Assembly: GCA_964016885.1 (NCBI GenBank)
Contig: OZ024741.1
Coordinates: 232,128,001 to 232,192,000 of the forward strand
From: Eledone cirrhosa
Lineage: Eukaryota
Direction of reading: 5' to 3'
Length of the DNA stretch: 64,000 nucleotides
This document shows, in pieces, positions 43,440 to 58,069 of this stretch. The notes beneath the pieces were generated by a model. The model had not been told where the DNA came from and ran no database searches. It saw only the letters and a list, made by a program, of their open reading frames with translations. How positions within the stretch are numbered: position 1 is the stretch's first letter; the number at the start of each line of letters is the position of its first letter. The position numbers and the translations under genes were made by a program.

Positions 43440-46400
43440 ATTTAAACATATATTATTCGGTTTCTCAGCAGTGCAGAACTGCTAAACAACTGGTCGCAGG
43501 TGGCCGGTAGTGGATCAGCTACGAGATATAATGACTACTTGCGATATAAACGGACACCTGTTGGACGAATACGTAACATGGACCAACATCAGTAAGCTAC
43601 TGGGGGAGATTGTACAATGGGTCGTAACTTTAGCCCCCACGAAAATTCTCATAACACAAAGATGTAGTTACTATATGGCGAGTAATGTCCGGTTCGAATG
43701 AAAAGCCTAGTTTTGCGAGTCCGTGATAAGTAATAGATTGGTGACTGGCACATACAAGACTACCAAAACACTGCAATACGTCGAGACACAACAAATGCAT
43801 TCATAACAAGCGACATGTTCAGGCTTTATGGAGAGAAAAAAAAACTATTCGAAATGTACATTGCAGTCTCCATCTCAAGTTGTAAAAACTTGCGATGGGC
43901 CTGCAATCTGTTCTAAGAAGCGTCACATGGACGCACAATAATTGTGTATTCAATGACTACATATTCAGTTCGGAAGGGTTCAAGCTTTAATAATTCGATT
44001 CTAGAATATCACAATCCTTAGAAATAAGGAGAAGAAACTAGTGTAGGCAACTAAATGCTACCAGATAGATAAAGTCGGGGTTTTCTTAACAGGGTGCCTT
44101 GGCTCTGGTACTGAAGATTTGTCTGGATATCGGACAATCCAGTAGTCATCTGTGGTGCAGAAATGGACTGAATCTGCGGGGACAGGGATATTCACAATCC
44201 CCCGGCTGTCAAAATGTGTTATCGAATGTATATCATTAGGAGAGGTGATTTATATCTTGAAGACTAGGCTGAAAGAGAGGTATGTATGAGCAGTGCAAGT
44301 CTATGCACCAAACAAAGAGTGAATAGAGAACTTTCCATGAAGACGACACTGCTGCGTTTGTTTCAGATAAACCTGTATCACATGCCCTCGTGGGGGACTT
44401 CTTTGCCCGTGTATTTTGGGACTGACTACCTCGGAAAGGAATGATTGGCAGGAACGGTGATCCCGATCTAAATATGAATAGAGAGGCGGCATTAGATTTC
44501 TGATCTAGTGATGATCTCTTTTTTATGAACACTTTCTCTCATCACAAAGCCTTCAATGAATATACATGATATAAAAGGAATCAGAGGCCGAGATCAATAA
44601 TTTATATTATTATTATCTCTAAACTCTTCCATTTTTGCTGGATGTTCGATTTATGTCTGTGCTGACAAATGAGCGCCATATATTTCTCTGGAAATTGAGA
44701 CTACGTAAAAAATATTTTGTGAATAATTTTGCATCTAATATAAAATATGTCCCTGAACAAACTGAGGGCGTAAATTGTTGGAAAATATGAAGTTCCTTCT
44801 TCAGACGTTAGATGCTGCGGGAGAAGTTGGCTTGGTGTTTCTCCGACTGGCAGGCGGAACTATTGGTTCAATCAAGTGCTCGAATATGCATCCGAGAAAA
44901 GAAGACCTACAAAGCTCAATTTGAAAATAAGTCCACATTTTTTCACTTGCGTGAAAATTCGCATCAGATACAGTAAGTGAGTTAAAAATTAAGATAATGG
45001 ATGGCTTTGGGGTTAACATGGAATCCTACTTTATTTCAGTAAATAACGTGTTGTAAATTGATCTGGCACATCATCTGCCTATTCAGATAATATAAAATCA
45101 CCCTCCATACCTACAATCAGGAACGTGCCCGATGTCCTCCTATCTTCAGAGAGGTGCATCATCGTGAATTAGAGAGAATACCTTGCTGATCCCCTAGACT
45201 CTGTCAAAACAACATCTTCTGCTGTACACCTGATGCATCTGTATCGATGACTAATCTCTTGGAGGCTCATGTCACAAGAGAAACAAAGACTTCAAATGTG
45301 TCAAATTCGCTGGAAAGAGTGAAATTTACTTCGAGATGTTAAAAGGTATACGTTCTGATTCGTGTGGGCCGGGTCACCTGTACTTTTCGATAGGTACATA
45401 AGCAAGGGCAATTTTGAGTAATCTTTCCAGTTTTCAAAAGGATTGATTGTGACAATGAGAGGAGGCAGTCTCCTCGTTAAAACAACTGTAAAGTATATGC
45501 TAAGTTTCTGGTAAAGAGATGTAGGCAGACTGTCGAATCGAAGCTGGCTAGCTGAGAAACAGTTCGATTTTCACGCCTGGCGCAGCACGCCGACCTAATA
45601 TTTACATTGATGAAGGTTTTGAGAAATCGTTGGGTTTCACCCAAGATGTGTATGTTTACTTCGAATAGCTCGGAAAGATATATGACCGCATTCCATGGGA
45701 CCCGCTCTGGAAGGTTCTGCAGGAGAACGGGATCGAGGGACATATTCTTGTTGAACTGATGTCTCTATACGAATGGCTGAGTATTTATGTTCGGATAAAA
45801 GGTGCTAATCGAAACCTTTAATGTGTGAGTCAGACTCCGTCAACAGTACGCAATGTCACATCACCTGTTCATAATTTTAATGGGGTATATTGACATGCAC
45901 TGCCGAGTTCAAAGGGCTATCAAGGCTGGAAAATCTAGGATCAGTCTTCTGGAATTTGCAGACGTCATAGTGTTACTTAATTCCTCAAACTGAGACCCAC
46001 CACATACCCTTAATAGTACTGAACGACTACAATAAATATCAATGATTCGAAGACTGAAACATTCGCCCCCTGAAGGATTTCGCAGTGCATTCTGCATGAT
46101 AGTGGAGTTCCACTGAAGCAGCTGGAGCAGTTCAATCATCTCGAGGACATTTCCACGAGTTGCGGAAGGCAGGACGCTGAATTAAGTGCAACAATAGAAG
46201 GATTTGTTGCAGTAATGCACCAAAATTAGCATTAGGTAACCAGCATGTTTGAAGGTGTAAACTCCAAACTTGCTATCTTTAATTCGTTATTCGTAACACC
46301 CCTTAATTTTGATCATGAATCTTTGCTAATGCCTGAAAGAATGCGATCGCGAGTACAAGCGGCAGAAAAGGGGTTCTTCAATCGGTTCACGGATAACGTT

Positions 46401-46690
46401 ACTCGATAGAGTTGTTTGTTCGAGGATCAGAGAATCGTTCCAGCAGTGGCCGCTACTATCCCGAATTGAAACTTGATATCTCAGATATGGAATGAATCGA
46501 TGGACAGTGATTACGGGCAAAACCAACTGGCAGGAAAAGCCGGGGTATACCCAGAGCAAGATGGTTAGATCCTTGAAATCGATTGATCACGCGTGGGAGT
46601 CTAGCGGTATCGAATGGAGACTTTTGCATCTAACGGGACCCATGGGAAAGAGTTTATTTTTACACAACCCACACATCTCTCCTAGGAATA
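43440..46690 (+). mobile_element. Old, heavily decayed RTE-type LINE
   Basis: Remnant motifs EKQFDF..RST.DLIFTL (~45555), VRLRQ (~45830), LLEFADVIVLL (~45945). Ends in (ACT)n(AAT)n. Confidence 0.6.
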
Positions 46691-46746
46691 CTACCACTAC
46701 TACTACTACTACTACTACTAATAATAATAATAATAATAATAATAAT

Positions 46747-49370
46747 GGCGGTTTCGTTATTGGGCACAAGGGCTAACATCAAGAAAAACATTATAAGCGG
46801 CACAGAATGGTACAGGACGATACAAAGTGGGTTTTGGGCGTGTAAAAAGGTTATAACATACACCTATTTTGGTCAGGCAAAGACCATATTGTGGATCTGT
46901 TGCCAGGTTGCGCCACCAAAACACGAGCCCATTGACCGCTTTCGTCCCCTAGTGTCTCAGATCAGGTGCTCTAGCTCTGACATCGCAGCCTTCGTGCTTT
47001 GCATTGAAGAATCGGTCGAGTGCCAATCTCGCCGCAAGCACTTCGGTTGCGATGCCTGTCCTAAACGCCACTTCTAGCTTTCTATCTAGCTCTCCCTCTA
47101 CTCTATTTTCCTCTATCGCTACTCCTTTGCTAAACCTGATCGATTCGACTCTAATTGCCCTTTTCAGGGTGAACAACCACCTGTTGTTGACGATCGCACC
47201 CGTCAACGCACGCTTAAATAATTCGCTTACACGGTCTCTGTAAGCTTTGCGCGCCGAGAACGACGCTTTCAGCTTCTAGTAACCGGGTCCTTGCTTATGA
47301 AGTCTATCTAAGTCTACTTTACAGATCACAAATCTTTGGTCCGTGTAGTCAACTACTTTAAATTGTGGACAACCTACACTAGCCTTATCTATTTTCGCTA
47401 CATAATACCCTATCTAGATACGATATGAATGACCCTATGCGCTTTGCCTATGTCCACATGGGCACATTCGAATAATCCAGTCGATATCTGGCAGACCGTT
47501 CAAAACGTCTGAGAAGGTTGGTCTGGCTTTTGCACCCTCCTCTGCTATTAACTAGCCCTACATAATCCCAGCGTGCATCTAAGATAACGCTCCAGTCGCC
47601 CACTAACACTAACACTAAAGAGCGTCTGAAGAAATCTGTCATCCTGCCCCTGTTGGGGCGGAGAGAGCTACTAACCTGAAAACATTGCTTTCGTTGCCGG
47701 TCCCTTTCAGCACCAACGACTTACCTTCTGGGTCCAGGAAGATGGCCTGTATGGCGAGATCCAAGCTTCTCCAAAAAAACACAGCAATTCCGCCCCCCGC
47801 TTCCGCACGGCTGCGAGACGCATATACATCGTAGCCACCGAAGAATGCTTCGGAAATTCTGGTCTCACTGATGGCTACCTCATCTATGTTTATTGACCTG
47901 AGGTCGTTAATCAGGCGACCCTGCATCCAAGATGATCCCAGACCACGTACATTTACACTGCCTATTCTAAGTAAGGCCATGTTGGGTGAGGGACGGAGTA
48001 AGTAAGAAAGGATCACATATATGATCTTGTGCGAAAGGGACAGTTGAACCGTCCCTTTGGCTTGTCATGTGTGTTTCCAACATATTATCTGTGTATATTT
48101 CTTTGGTTAGCGACCCTCTGAATTTCCCCAACGCAGTTGAGGGATTCTTGTTTTAAATGTTTATATTGTTCCATTTTAATCTCGACAATGTTTATATTTT
48201 TTGTTAATATTCTTATTGTTGGAGGGATGTAGTAATTTGTATCTGTAATGTCTGTGTGCTGTTTTATATGTTCTAAGAGTTCTTTATTTGCTATGTTTAT
48301 GGCTGTGTACTCTTTGGGGGTTGGATTTGGTTTTGTTCCTGTTTTCATGTCGCTGCTGTTGGGTGTGTGTGCCTTGTTGTAATTGCGATGATGTTTGTGA
48401 TTAAGCTGGTGGTGGTGTGGTTGTTGTTGGCGCTACTGCTTCTGGTGGTGATGATGGCCGTGGTGTTTCTGTAAGTCGCTTTGCAGCTTTTACCCACTTT
48501 GTTTACCCTCTCTTTTGGTAGGCGAAGCTAAATCTTTTTTTCTTTTCTTTTTGTGGCAGAGCTTTTGCCATTCAACACCCACCTCACACTCCATGTCGGA
48601 TAATGTGATGTCTGGGAAGATTGTGAACTCCACTGCTGTTGGTGGTAGTCGTGCAGCCCGCTCCGGTGATATTGCTACTGCTATAGCTACTGCAACTGTT
48701 TGCTGTTACCATCGCTGTTATAGTTGTACATGATCTTTTTATAGGTGCCACGGAGGCTACTCTCCTGCTCTGACGTCTCTGCTGCCTGTCCTGCTTCTGG
48801 TAGCAGCGGACAAGGTGTCAGAAGGAGGGAGGCCGTCTCCTTTGCTGCCTTCTACTGGCAAAAGGCCCTAAAGTAACCCTTTGACCCAAAGACATAGAAA
48901 TTTGGGCGCCTTTCTTCCACGCTTAAGTTGAGTGAACCACCTTTGAGCTCTAATACATCCGGGATAGCCACCATGCAGTCCTGGTCAGTTTGGATTAACA
49001 TTTGCATTCCAATACCTGACCAGTACTCCCTCCATATCCTCTGCAGTTGCAGCGTGGTCGTCCTACACTCGAACCCGACAAGGACAGCCACTGGGTGATT
49101 ACGTGCTGGAAGGATTTGTCATCCTGCGCGCATGTCGGACAGGCACTGGCTCACGGCATTTCCATGTCTGTAGAGTTTATCTCGAACTGGCAAAGCTCCT
49201 CGGTAGCACTGCTATGCGAGGGATTTCTGGAAATTATCTATGGCCCTGGAATAGAAAGTCCCTCCTCAAGCGTGGCTAGTTGATTTTAGTCGATGTCTTG
49301 AATTTCCCTAAGAACGTTGTCAATTTTATCTGCCAATACCCCACTAGAGAATGGTATTTCTGCCGATCAT
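46747..49370 (-). mobile_element. Internally deleted Tx1/L1-clade LINE (ORF1 remnant, APE endonuclease, 3' UTR, (ATT)n tail)
   Basis: LRIGSVNVRGL, DEVAISETR, GGGIAVF, VLVGDWSVILD. Confidence 0.75.
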
Positions 49371-49374
49371 ATTG

Positions 49375-52300
49375 CCTGATTCATGAAGGGCTGTAAGCGC
49401 CTGGAGACATTCCAGTTTCCAAGCGCTACCCCTCTGTCTCCGCTTCTCCCAGGACTGTAGCTCCGTTAAGGATACGTGCTGGGGCAACATGCATCGTGTG
49501 AACGGTGACCACACCAGTTCACCGATTAGAAAGATATAAAGAGATGTAGATGTCGTAGCCTAAGCGCATGTCTTCGCATCATTAGCCACGGCATTCCCAG
49601 TCCTCCACGCAGTAGATGGGTCGCCTCACCATCGGAAGGCAACCATTCCACAATAATTTGAAGAGCAAACGCTCCAGTACATTCAGATCGGGTTTAGAAC
49701 AAGACACAACGGTGAAGCGGATTTAGATGGCGGACGCGATGAATGTGTTCGCCACCTCCGCCCTACTTTTAAAGGACAGATTTCCCTCGGCCTATTTTTG
49801 TGTGAGATTGGCCACTCTGTCAACTCATCCCGATTTCTGTCAATTTATAAATCAGAACCAAACCATACAGCAAGTAATTTAACGGGCCCGTCCTTCCAGC
49901 CCTTGACAACACTGTTAGATTGCATGGACTTGCCTCTCCGTGTTCATTGTTGTAGGCCCACGGAGTTTTCCTTGTTGATTTTCGCTCCTATCAGCGCTTC
50001 GTATATTTTCAGAGCAGTGCCGATCATCTTAATGTATTTGGTGTTCGACTCTACGACTGTGTCGTCGTCGGTATAATCTGACATAGATCTCCTATGTCCT
50101 AGTTCATGCAGGATGCCTCTCAATGTATCTAATGTTTGTAGAAGTGGCTTGAAAGTAAATACATATATCAAGGACAAAGAGGGGATAGCCCGTGTGGACC
50201 GAACGAATGATGTTGAACGGTTCCGAGAGGTAACCGTTCAATCTGACCACAAATCAGATGTCACTATGCATAATAATAATAATAATGAAATATTGTGTAC
50301 AGTACTCAGGTGCACTACAACTCATAAAAAATTGTATGTATAGTACATAGGGTAATGTACAAACATCAGGAAAATGAACAGTGCATGAGTCATGATACAC
50401 ACATATCTGCATGTGTATGGAAGGGGTACATCAGGTGTAGTTTTGGCGTATTTCGGGAAGCATGAGTGTCTTAAAGGATGCAGTGTCTCGGCAGCTAACA
50501 ACTGATGCAGGCAGTTTGTTCCATGCTTCAGCAACTCTGAGTGTGAAAGAATGTCTACGAAAGTCATGGGAGCTGTGCTGTTTTCTTATTTTGTAGGCAT
50601 GTCCACGTGTGTTAGACATATGGAGATCAAAAAGGTGCTCAGGGTTGCAATTGGCGAGATGGTTAATAACTTTGTGGGTATTTACCAAGTCCATTGCCAG
50701 GCGTCGGAGCTTCAATGAATCCATGCCCAGGGAAGCAAGGCGTTCAGAGTATGGTAGGTGTCTGATGGAGGGTATGCGCTTGGTTGCACGTCTCTGAACA
50801 GTTTCCAGGAGGTCAATGTTCTGAGACAGATAGGGGTTCCACACTGATGATGCGAATTCGAAGTGTGGTCGTACCATAGCTGTATACAGTTTTAAATAGA
50901 TGGCTGGAGAGCGGCTAACAAAGGTCTTGCTGAGTGATGCCAAGACACCCTCGGCCTTCTTGACAATCTTAGAGACATGCTTTGTCCAACGCAAATCGCT
51001 GCTGACAGTAATGCCCAGGTCACGTTCACAAGAGGACATCTTGATATCAGTGTTGTGGAAGGAGTATGTGGACGCTGGATTTTTCCTCCCAAAATGCATG
51101 GTGGTACACTTGTCCACAGCCAGCTTCAGTTGCCAGTCTGTGGTCCATTGCTGCATTGTGTCCAGGTCTGATTGTAGGAAAGAGTTGTAGATTTCAGGAT
51201 CAGTCCTTTTGATTTCAAGGTACAGCTTGATGTCATCTGCATATTTCAGTACCGTGGCATTCTGTAAGTTGGCATCTATGTCATTAATATATGCCACAAA
51301 CAAAAGGGGACCAAGAACAGATCCCTGTGGTACACCAGATGACATCTCATATGGTGAAGAATGCTGTCCTAGAACCGTGACTACCTCTTTTCGGCTGAGA
51401 ATGAAGGATTTCAACCAGTCGAAAAGATCATCCCTCACACCCATTGCAGAGAGTTTTGCCATAAATCTTTTGTGTGGAACAGAATTAAAAGCCTTAGCAA
51501 AGTCAGGGTAAACAACATCCACCCATGAGCCGCTATCAGTGATCCGGGTGATGTCTTCAAGGAACTCGATAAGCTGATCACAGCAGCTGGAGTTAGGGAT
51601 AAATCCAAACTGTGACGGCCGGATGAGGCTGTGAGAGCTCCAGAAGTTCCAAAGTGTTTCTCTGACACAGGATTCTATCAGTTTGGCCATACAGCTAGTA
51701 AGACTGACGGGATGATAGTTGACAGGTGACATGCGGTTGCCCTTTTTAAACAGGGGAATGACACTAGCAGTTTTCCCCTGCTCCGGAGTAGCACCATTGT
51801 TGAGACAGTATTGAAAGAAGAAAGAAAGCTGGTACAAAAGGAAATACCCGCCACGTTTGAGAAGCAGGTATGTAACAACATCAAGACCAGGGGAGGCATA
51901 GTTGCGCTTATTCTTAAGGTATCGTCGCAACATTTCAGGTGTAAATTCCATAGTTGTTATGGAATTTGATATTAGAGATGGTGGAGATGGTACATTCTGG
52001 TTTTCAACTGGAAAAATACTTGCATAGCACTTAGCAATGAGTTCTGCGCATTCTTTGGGACCGTCAGTGATCTGGCTTGTGTGGGGATTGCGAAGAGGAC
52101 CAACTGGAGAGTGAGCTCTCTGCTTTGAATGAACATATTTCCAGAACATCTTACTGTCAGGATTGGTTGGTATGCACTGTTCAAATTCAAGCACTGCCTT
52201 CTTTGTCACTTGCTTCAGATGGTTAGAAGATGTATTCCGCTTTTTTCTGTTGGCGTCTGATTTATGCAGTTTATATTCCTGTTCAGCATTCTGACGTTCT

Positions 52301-55300
52301 TTCCTGGCAAGTTGGACCGCTGAAATTTCCCAAATTGCACTTTTGGGGTGGGGTTTTTTCTGCTTACGTGGCACCGATGCTGCACACGCTATCCATATTG
52401 AGTCCAGGATGCTCTGGAGTATAGTGTTCACATCTCCAGAGTTATACATCTCATGCCAGTTTGGGCGCTGTAGCTCAGTGCAGTACAAGTTCCAATCTGC
52501 TTTCTTCCAATCAAAGCAAGCAGATTGGAGATGGTTCTGGTTTTTGTTGCTGCCCGCAAGAGCCAGATTGGCAATGATGATAGCATGATCAGAGTTGCCT
52601 AGAGGTTCCTCAGTAGTTCAACTGATAACCACTTCAGGAGTAGTGGTGAAGATCAGGTCCAAAGTGTTGTCACCTCTTGTTGGAGAGGTGACTACTTGTG
52701 ACCAGTTTGAGTCCAGCACTAGTTCAAGGAAATCGTTTGCACCTTGTGGCCAACGAAAGGTTTCCCAATCGATCTCAGGATGATTGAAGTCACCTGCAAT
52801 AAACACATAAGTGGCTGTTTTCTTGGCAGCAACTCTGAGGATATCGCAGAGCTGTGTGTCCTGATGGTAGTTTGGGGGGGGGGGGCGATAGACAACACCA
52901 AGCAGAAGTTTTGACATGGTCATACGTATATCACAGAAAAAAACTTCTACCTGTGATTCGTTCAAATCAACGCAAGGAATTACAGAAAAGTTTGAACGAA
53001 CGTAGACCATCACACCACCACCACGGCGATTAATGCGGTCCTTGCTGAAAAACCCATCACAGAGTAAGGAATGTGCCCATGTTTCCGTGACTGTCATGAA
53101 GTCAGGGTCGATGCTTCTGACGTAGGAGTCAAACAGATGTATCTTGTTGCATAAACTGCGAGCATTTAAGGACAACAATTTGTACCCTACTTGCAGTTTA
53201 TGATGGTGTGTAGAGGGTGGCAGGTTGTTCTGGTTTAGTTTCCCAGAGTTGTTGCAGTTTCTTCATTGCCAGTTATTGTGGGTAGAGCACACTCAGACCA
53301 GCTGGTATCTCTCTTCCACGTTTCACCAGTCTTAACAAACCTCCAGATCTGCCCATCAACACGCAGACTAAAACTTTCATGTTTTAACATCTATCCGTTC
53401 TCTACAAACCGGCTCGAAGCCTGCTGCTTTGAGGACTGCCGACAGGTACCGATGTTCTACGCTAGCAAATGCTTTAGATTGATCTAAATTGATCAGTGCT
53501 TTATCCGTGTCATGTTCTTTAGGGGCAACCTCTATGATGTATCGCATGATTTGGAGGTTGTCGTGGATGGATCTCTTGGGAATAGCACATTCCTGCGCCT
53601 CTCCCACCAGAACACCAACGATAAGCGCCAACCTCGTTGCCAACATCTTGGCCAAAATTGTTATCTTTGCATTTCACAGAGATATAGGCCTAAAATTATT
53701 TATATTGTCCCCCTTGTTCAGGTCTTTTCTTAGCAGTGCCACCACTCCACGCTTCATAGAACTGTGGATTCTTCCATTCTGCTGCCAGTTTCAATGGACG
53801 TCTGCCAAGAGGACACAAAACAAGTCTGGCATATAAATATAAAGCTCGTAGGGCAGACCATCTAATCCTCGTGCAGCCAGCTATTGCATCCTGTAACTGA
53901 ACGGCTGTTATTGGCTTTTCGAAACACTCCGCCTCTGTCACCGACAGCCGCGACAGGCCGTCGAGATAGGTAGTGAAGTCCATCTCACAATCCAGCTCAC
54001 CACCGCTCCCGAAAAGTCGGCCAAAGTGCTTCTGAAAAGTCGCCCACATCTGCTTGGGATCGAACATCATGCACCCGACATAGTGTTCCAGATATTTGTG
54101 TCTTTGTTGCCATGATGCCCCTCTGCCACACGGGCCCAACATGCTTAACATTGAAGAATTGGTCTAGGACCATTCTTGCTGTAAGAACGTCAGTTCAGAT
54201 GGCTTTGTTAATTGCCTCTTCTAGACTATCACTTGTTCCATCTCTACTCTAGTTTTCTCTATTGCTACAGCTTTGCTAAATCGTATTGATTCTACTTTAA
54301 TTGCACTTTTCAGGGCATACCATCGCTTGTTGTTGACGATTGCCTCTATTAACGTAACGCCCGCTTAACTAATTCACTAATACGGTCTCTGTAGGCTTTT
54401 CGCATTGGGGATGATGCGTTTAGTTTCCAGTAACCGGGCCCTTGCCTATGGAGCCGATCTATATCTACTACACCTGTCAGAAATGTGTGGTCTGTGTATT
54501 CAACTGTTTGAAATTATGGTCAACTTATCCTATCACTTTCTACTTCCCTACAGAATACCCTATATAGATAGGATCTGGATGACGCGATGCGGTTTATCCA
54601 TGTCCAATTTGGCACATTCGTAAAATCTAGTCGATATCTGTCAGAGAGTTGAAAGTGTTTGAGCAGATTTTTGAGGCTTCTACATGCTTCTGCTCAATCC
54701 GTTAGTCCCACACAATCTACGCGTGCATCTTAGATACCGTTCCAAGTGCACAGTAAGACTAATGAATGAGATGTTCCCAGAAAGGTTTCCAGAGGTCCGA
54801 AGAAAATATTTCCTCCTGCCCCTGTAAGAGCATAAAAAGCAATTAATCTGAATTCGTGCCCTCCTCCGCTGGTCATCTCAAGCACCACCAATTTACTCCC
54901 CCTCCCCCCGGGTCCAGGAATATGGTCCGTATTGCATGATCCATGCCCTTCCGGAACAACACGGCAACTCCACCTCCAGAACCTGGACGGCTTGGAGATG
55001 CGTACACCACGTAGCCACCGAAAATGGGTGCAAAGTTTCGTGCGTTGAAAACTCTTGTCTCGCTAATGGTCACCACATCTATATACATTGACCTTAGTTA
55101 ATTGAGCAGGAGCCTCTGTATCCAGAATGACCCCACGCCCCGTGTATTGACTCTACCTAATTTGAGTGAGGCCATGATTAATTTAGAGAAGATGAAAGTG
55201 GGAAAAGCCACTTATCTTAGATTTGGGGGAGGAAGGCCAGTAGTCGCATCCATCAGTGGTCTCTTGTGGGGCTCAAAAGCCGAAATATCTATATAGATTC

Positions 55301-55600
55301 ATTTGGAGATTGTTCCCTGAAGTCTCCAATCGAATGTGGGAATTTTGTTTTTAAATATATGTGTTTTCTATGTTATAATTAATATTTGTATGATTTTTGG
55401 TAATGCTATTTTTCCTGGTTTTATAAAATGTCACTGTTTGACGTACCGTATTTTGGATAGTTTCGCAAGGGTTCTTGAGACTAAAGATATGGTCATTGCT
55501 TTCAACAAGACTCGTTGCTTTTTCTATTTCATCCTCAGAAAAGTTTAGTTTTCTGAAGGATGAATTGATAGAACCGGCCAAAGAAACTTTCTAGGTGCTA
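49375..55600 (-). mobile_element. Tx1/L1-clade LINE, decayed, split by the CR1 insertion
   Basis: EN (GRVNTRG, DVVTISETR, GGGVAVLF) at 54870-55175. RT (ALINLDQSKAFASVEHRYL) at 53385-53900, resuming at 50268 (VRLNGYLSEPF, YTDDDTV). Confidence 0.8.
50270..53385 (-). mobile_element. CR1-clade LINE, 5'-truncated, with nearly intact ORF2
   Basis: APE domain (SLNARSLCNK, VTETW, GVVYRPP, AGDFNHPEIDW, TLDLIF, SDH) and a 685-aa RT ORF (VYPDFAKAFNSVPH, SGVPQGSVLGPLLF, KYADDIKLY). (ATT)n tail. Confidence 0.95.
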
Positions 55601-56599
55601 TTGTTCAGTATGGATAGTGTGTTGCTCTGGCTACCGCTGAGATCGCTGTTACTGTTATTGATGCGGTTGTTGTTATTGTTGTTGCTTTCATTGATACTTT
55701 TGCTTCTGTTATTGTTGCTGTGGCTGTTGTTGTTATTTGTTATTGTTATTGTCTTTCTCAACCTTATCGCTGTTATTTTCGTTGTTGTTATTGATGGTGT
55801 TGTTGTTGGTGTTATTGTTGGTGTTGTTTGTGTAAGAACCATTTGAATCCTTTTAGACTGAAACAGTATCATTAATAACGATAATATTTTTCTTTCTTCT
55901 TTTCGAAATATCTGTATTTTAATATCATTATGGAGGGTGACACCACGCTTCACCCTCCGTAATGATATTAATAATGATTTCTTTATTAACATCAAAGAGT
56001 TTACACCAAGAAAAACATTATGACAGTACAGGACGAAAACATAGAGTGTGTGTGTGCGTGTGTTGGTGTGTGGGTATCGCGTCTAAATAAATTTCAACAA
56101 TGTTAAAATAAAAAACAACAATGAAATTAAATCAAAGAACGTTCCTCAATATAGGAGGAGACGTTTGACGGACATTCGTGGACAAAACCATAAAGCCATG
56201 GATGCACTGATCTTTAGTGTAAGTGCCCTATCCCAGTTTTACTCCCCCAATCTACAGGCTCAAACTCAGAGAGGGCCCATTCACTCAGGTCATGGTCGCT
56301 TCTCCCACCCACTTTTCAACAAATTGCTACGGAGGCAGCACTGTTCTCTCTACCCTTATATTCCTCCTCAAGTGGAATATGGTTCTTTATTAACCACACA
56401 GGGATCACACTAAGGAACCATTAAAGACGATAAAGGACGACACAATGTGCATTTTTATTTGTGTAAAATAAACTGTTCCAAAGAGTCTAAGAAAATAAAC
56501 GTTTAAAACAAACATAACAAATCCCCATTGGTGAGGTGCCAAGGGTCGTTCTAGACGCTAACACCGCCAGTTATGCGATATTTTCTTTACAATATTCGA

Positions 56600-58060
56600 T
56601 CAGCAGAGTTTAATGAGCAAAGGTCAATCCAAACAATAACTTGACATTATCAAGCCATCATTTTGGGTATCGACCTCTGCTTCTCTTACCAGCCAACTTT
56701 CCTTCTAGGCATAACTTACACCAAGAGTTGATCTCTTGATATGACCATATAAGTTTAAGCACTCTTGACCTGACAACCGATGTGATTGGTCTACGCCTGG
56801 TGATGTTCAGCAGCCCACTGATTCAGATACGGTCGCAGAGCCGCTTGCCAGTCATAAATCTCATGATGGGATTCTGGAATGTAGAGAGCTTCTGAAGTGC
56901 TCTTGTCGTCCAATTAACAAAATCAAGACCATATAACAACACTCGTCAGATATAAGTATCGACGATATTAGCCTTCAAATGATAGGAGACTCGTTTTGAT
57001 GTTAGTACTTCCTTTTTTCCTGTCGAAAGTTGCTTAACCTAGAGCAATGCGATATTGGACAGCGACCATTACTTTGTTGCTTGATAATAGCTGTCACTGA
57101 AATATACAATTTCCAAAACTTGAGTAATTTGCTGGTTGTTGATTGTGAGTTGGAGATTGGCATTGTTTTTATTAGCTGTCATATATTTTGTTTTGGAGAT
57201 CTTGATGTGTAAGCCAGCCTCCAGTGAATGTTTGGCCAATACATTCAGATAGTTTTGCAGATCAGTTCTCGTGTAACTCACAATCGCCAGATCGTCTGCA
57301 TAGCTAAGATTTGATAAGATTTTACCTCCTATGTGATAGCCGGAGGAGCATTTTCTTTAGTTTGGTAGATAAGTGCAGCCATAACTATATAGAAAAGAAG
57401 TACTTATAGTACATCATCCTGTTTATTCCTTTAAGATGTCTATACATCGTGTCGTTCCCAAACCTGTTTTGAAATATGCTGTTGAGTTGGTTTAAGTCTC
57501 TTTCAGTTGGTTGATGTATTTTCTGTTAATTGAGGTTTGGTTTAAGAGTTGCCACAAGCTGGGTAGTTTCACATTAAAAATTTTTGTGAAGTCAAAGAAG
57601 GTGATGAGCACAGGGTTGTTGAATTCTATTGATTTTTCAATGATTTTTTTATATAGCTAGGGTCTGCTCAATGATGCCTCTTCCAGGTTGATAAGCAGCT
57701 TGTGTTTCAGGAAAGGAGGCGTTGAAGTCTGACTTCACTCGTACTGCAATGACACTCAAGAAATGCTTATAAACATGACTCAATCAAGTCTGCTACCTTT
57801 TTTGTAGACTACAACTATCAATGCTTTCTTGAACATGTCTGGACTTTTTTCGTGTAAATGTTGAAGTTCTTTGATAATTGGTTCACCTCCAGCTTCGATG
57901 AATTCTGAGTATATGTTGAACAATCGAGGGCTTTTTCCTCGCTTCACATTTTTGATGCCATGAGATAACTCGCTAGATAAGATAGAGGGGATGGCTTATG
58001 ATGTTGAATAATGAATGGTTGTTCGTTCTGAGTTGCTGAAGTAGTTCTTTATAGAATTTA
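56600..58060 (-). mobile_element. Decayed RTE-type LINE RT fragment
   Basis: GKILSNLSYADDLAIV, GLHIKISKTKYM, ITFFDFTK. Confidence 0.7.
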
Positions 58061-58069
58061 TCTCAGAGT

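Noticed and set aside
55591-55995. Asn/Thr-rich ORFs (also 62053-62452)
   Set aside because: Low-complexity (AAC)-rich tracts, probably decayed LINE ORF1 linkers; no supportable product.
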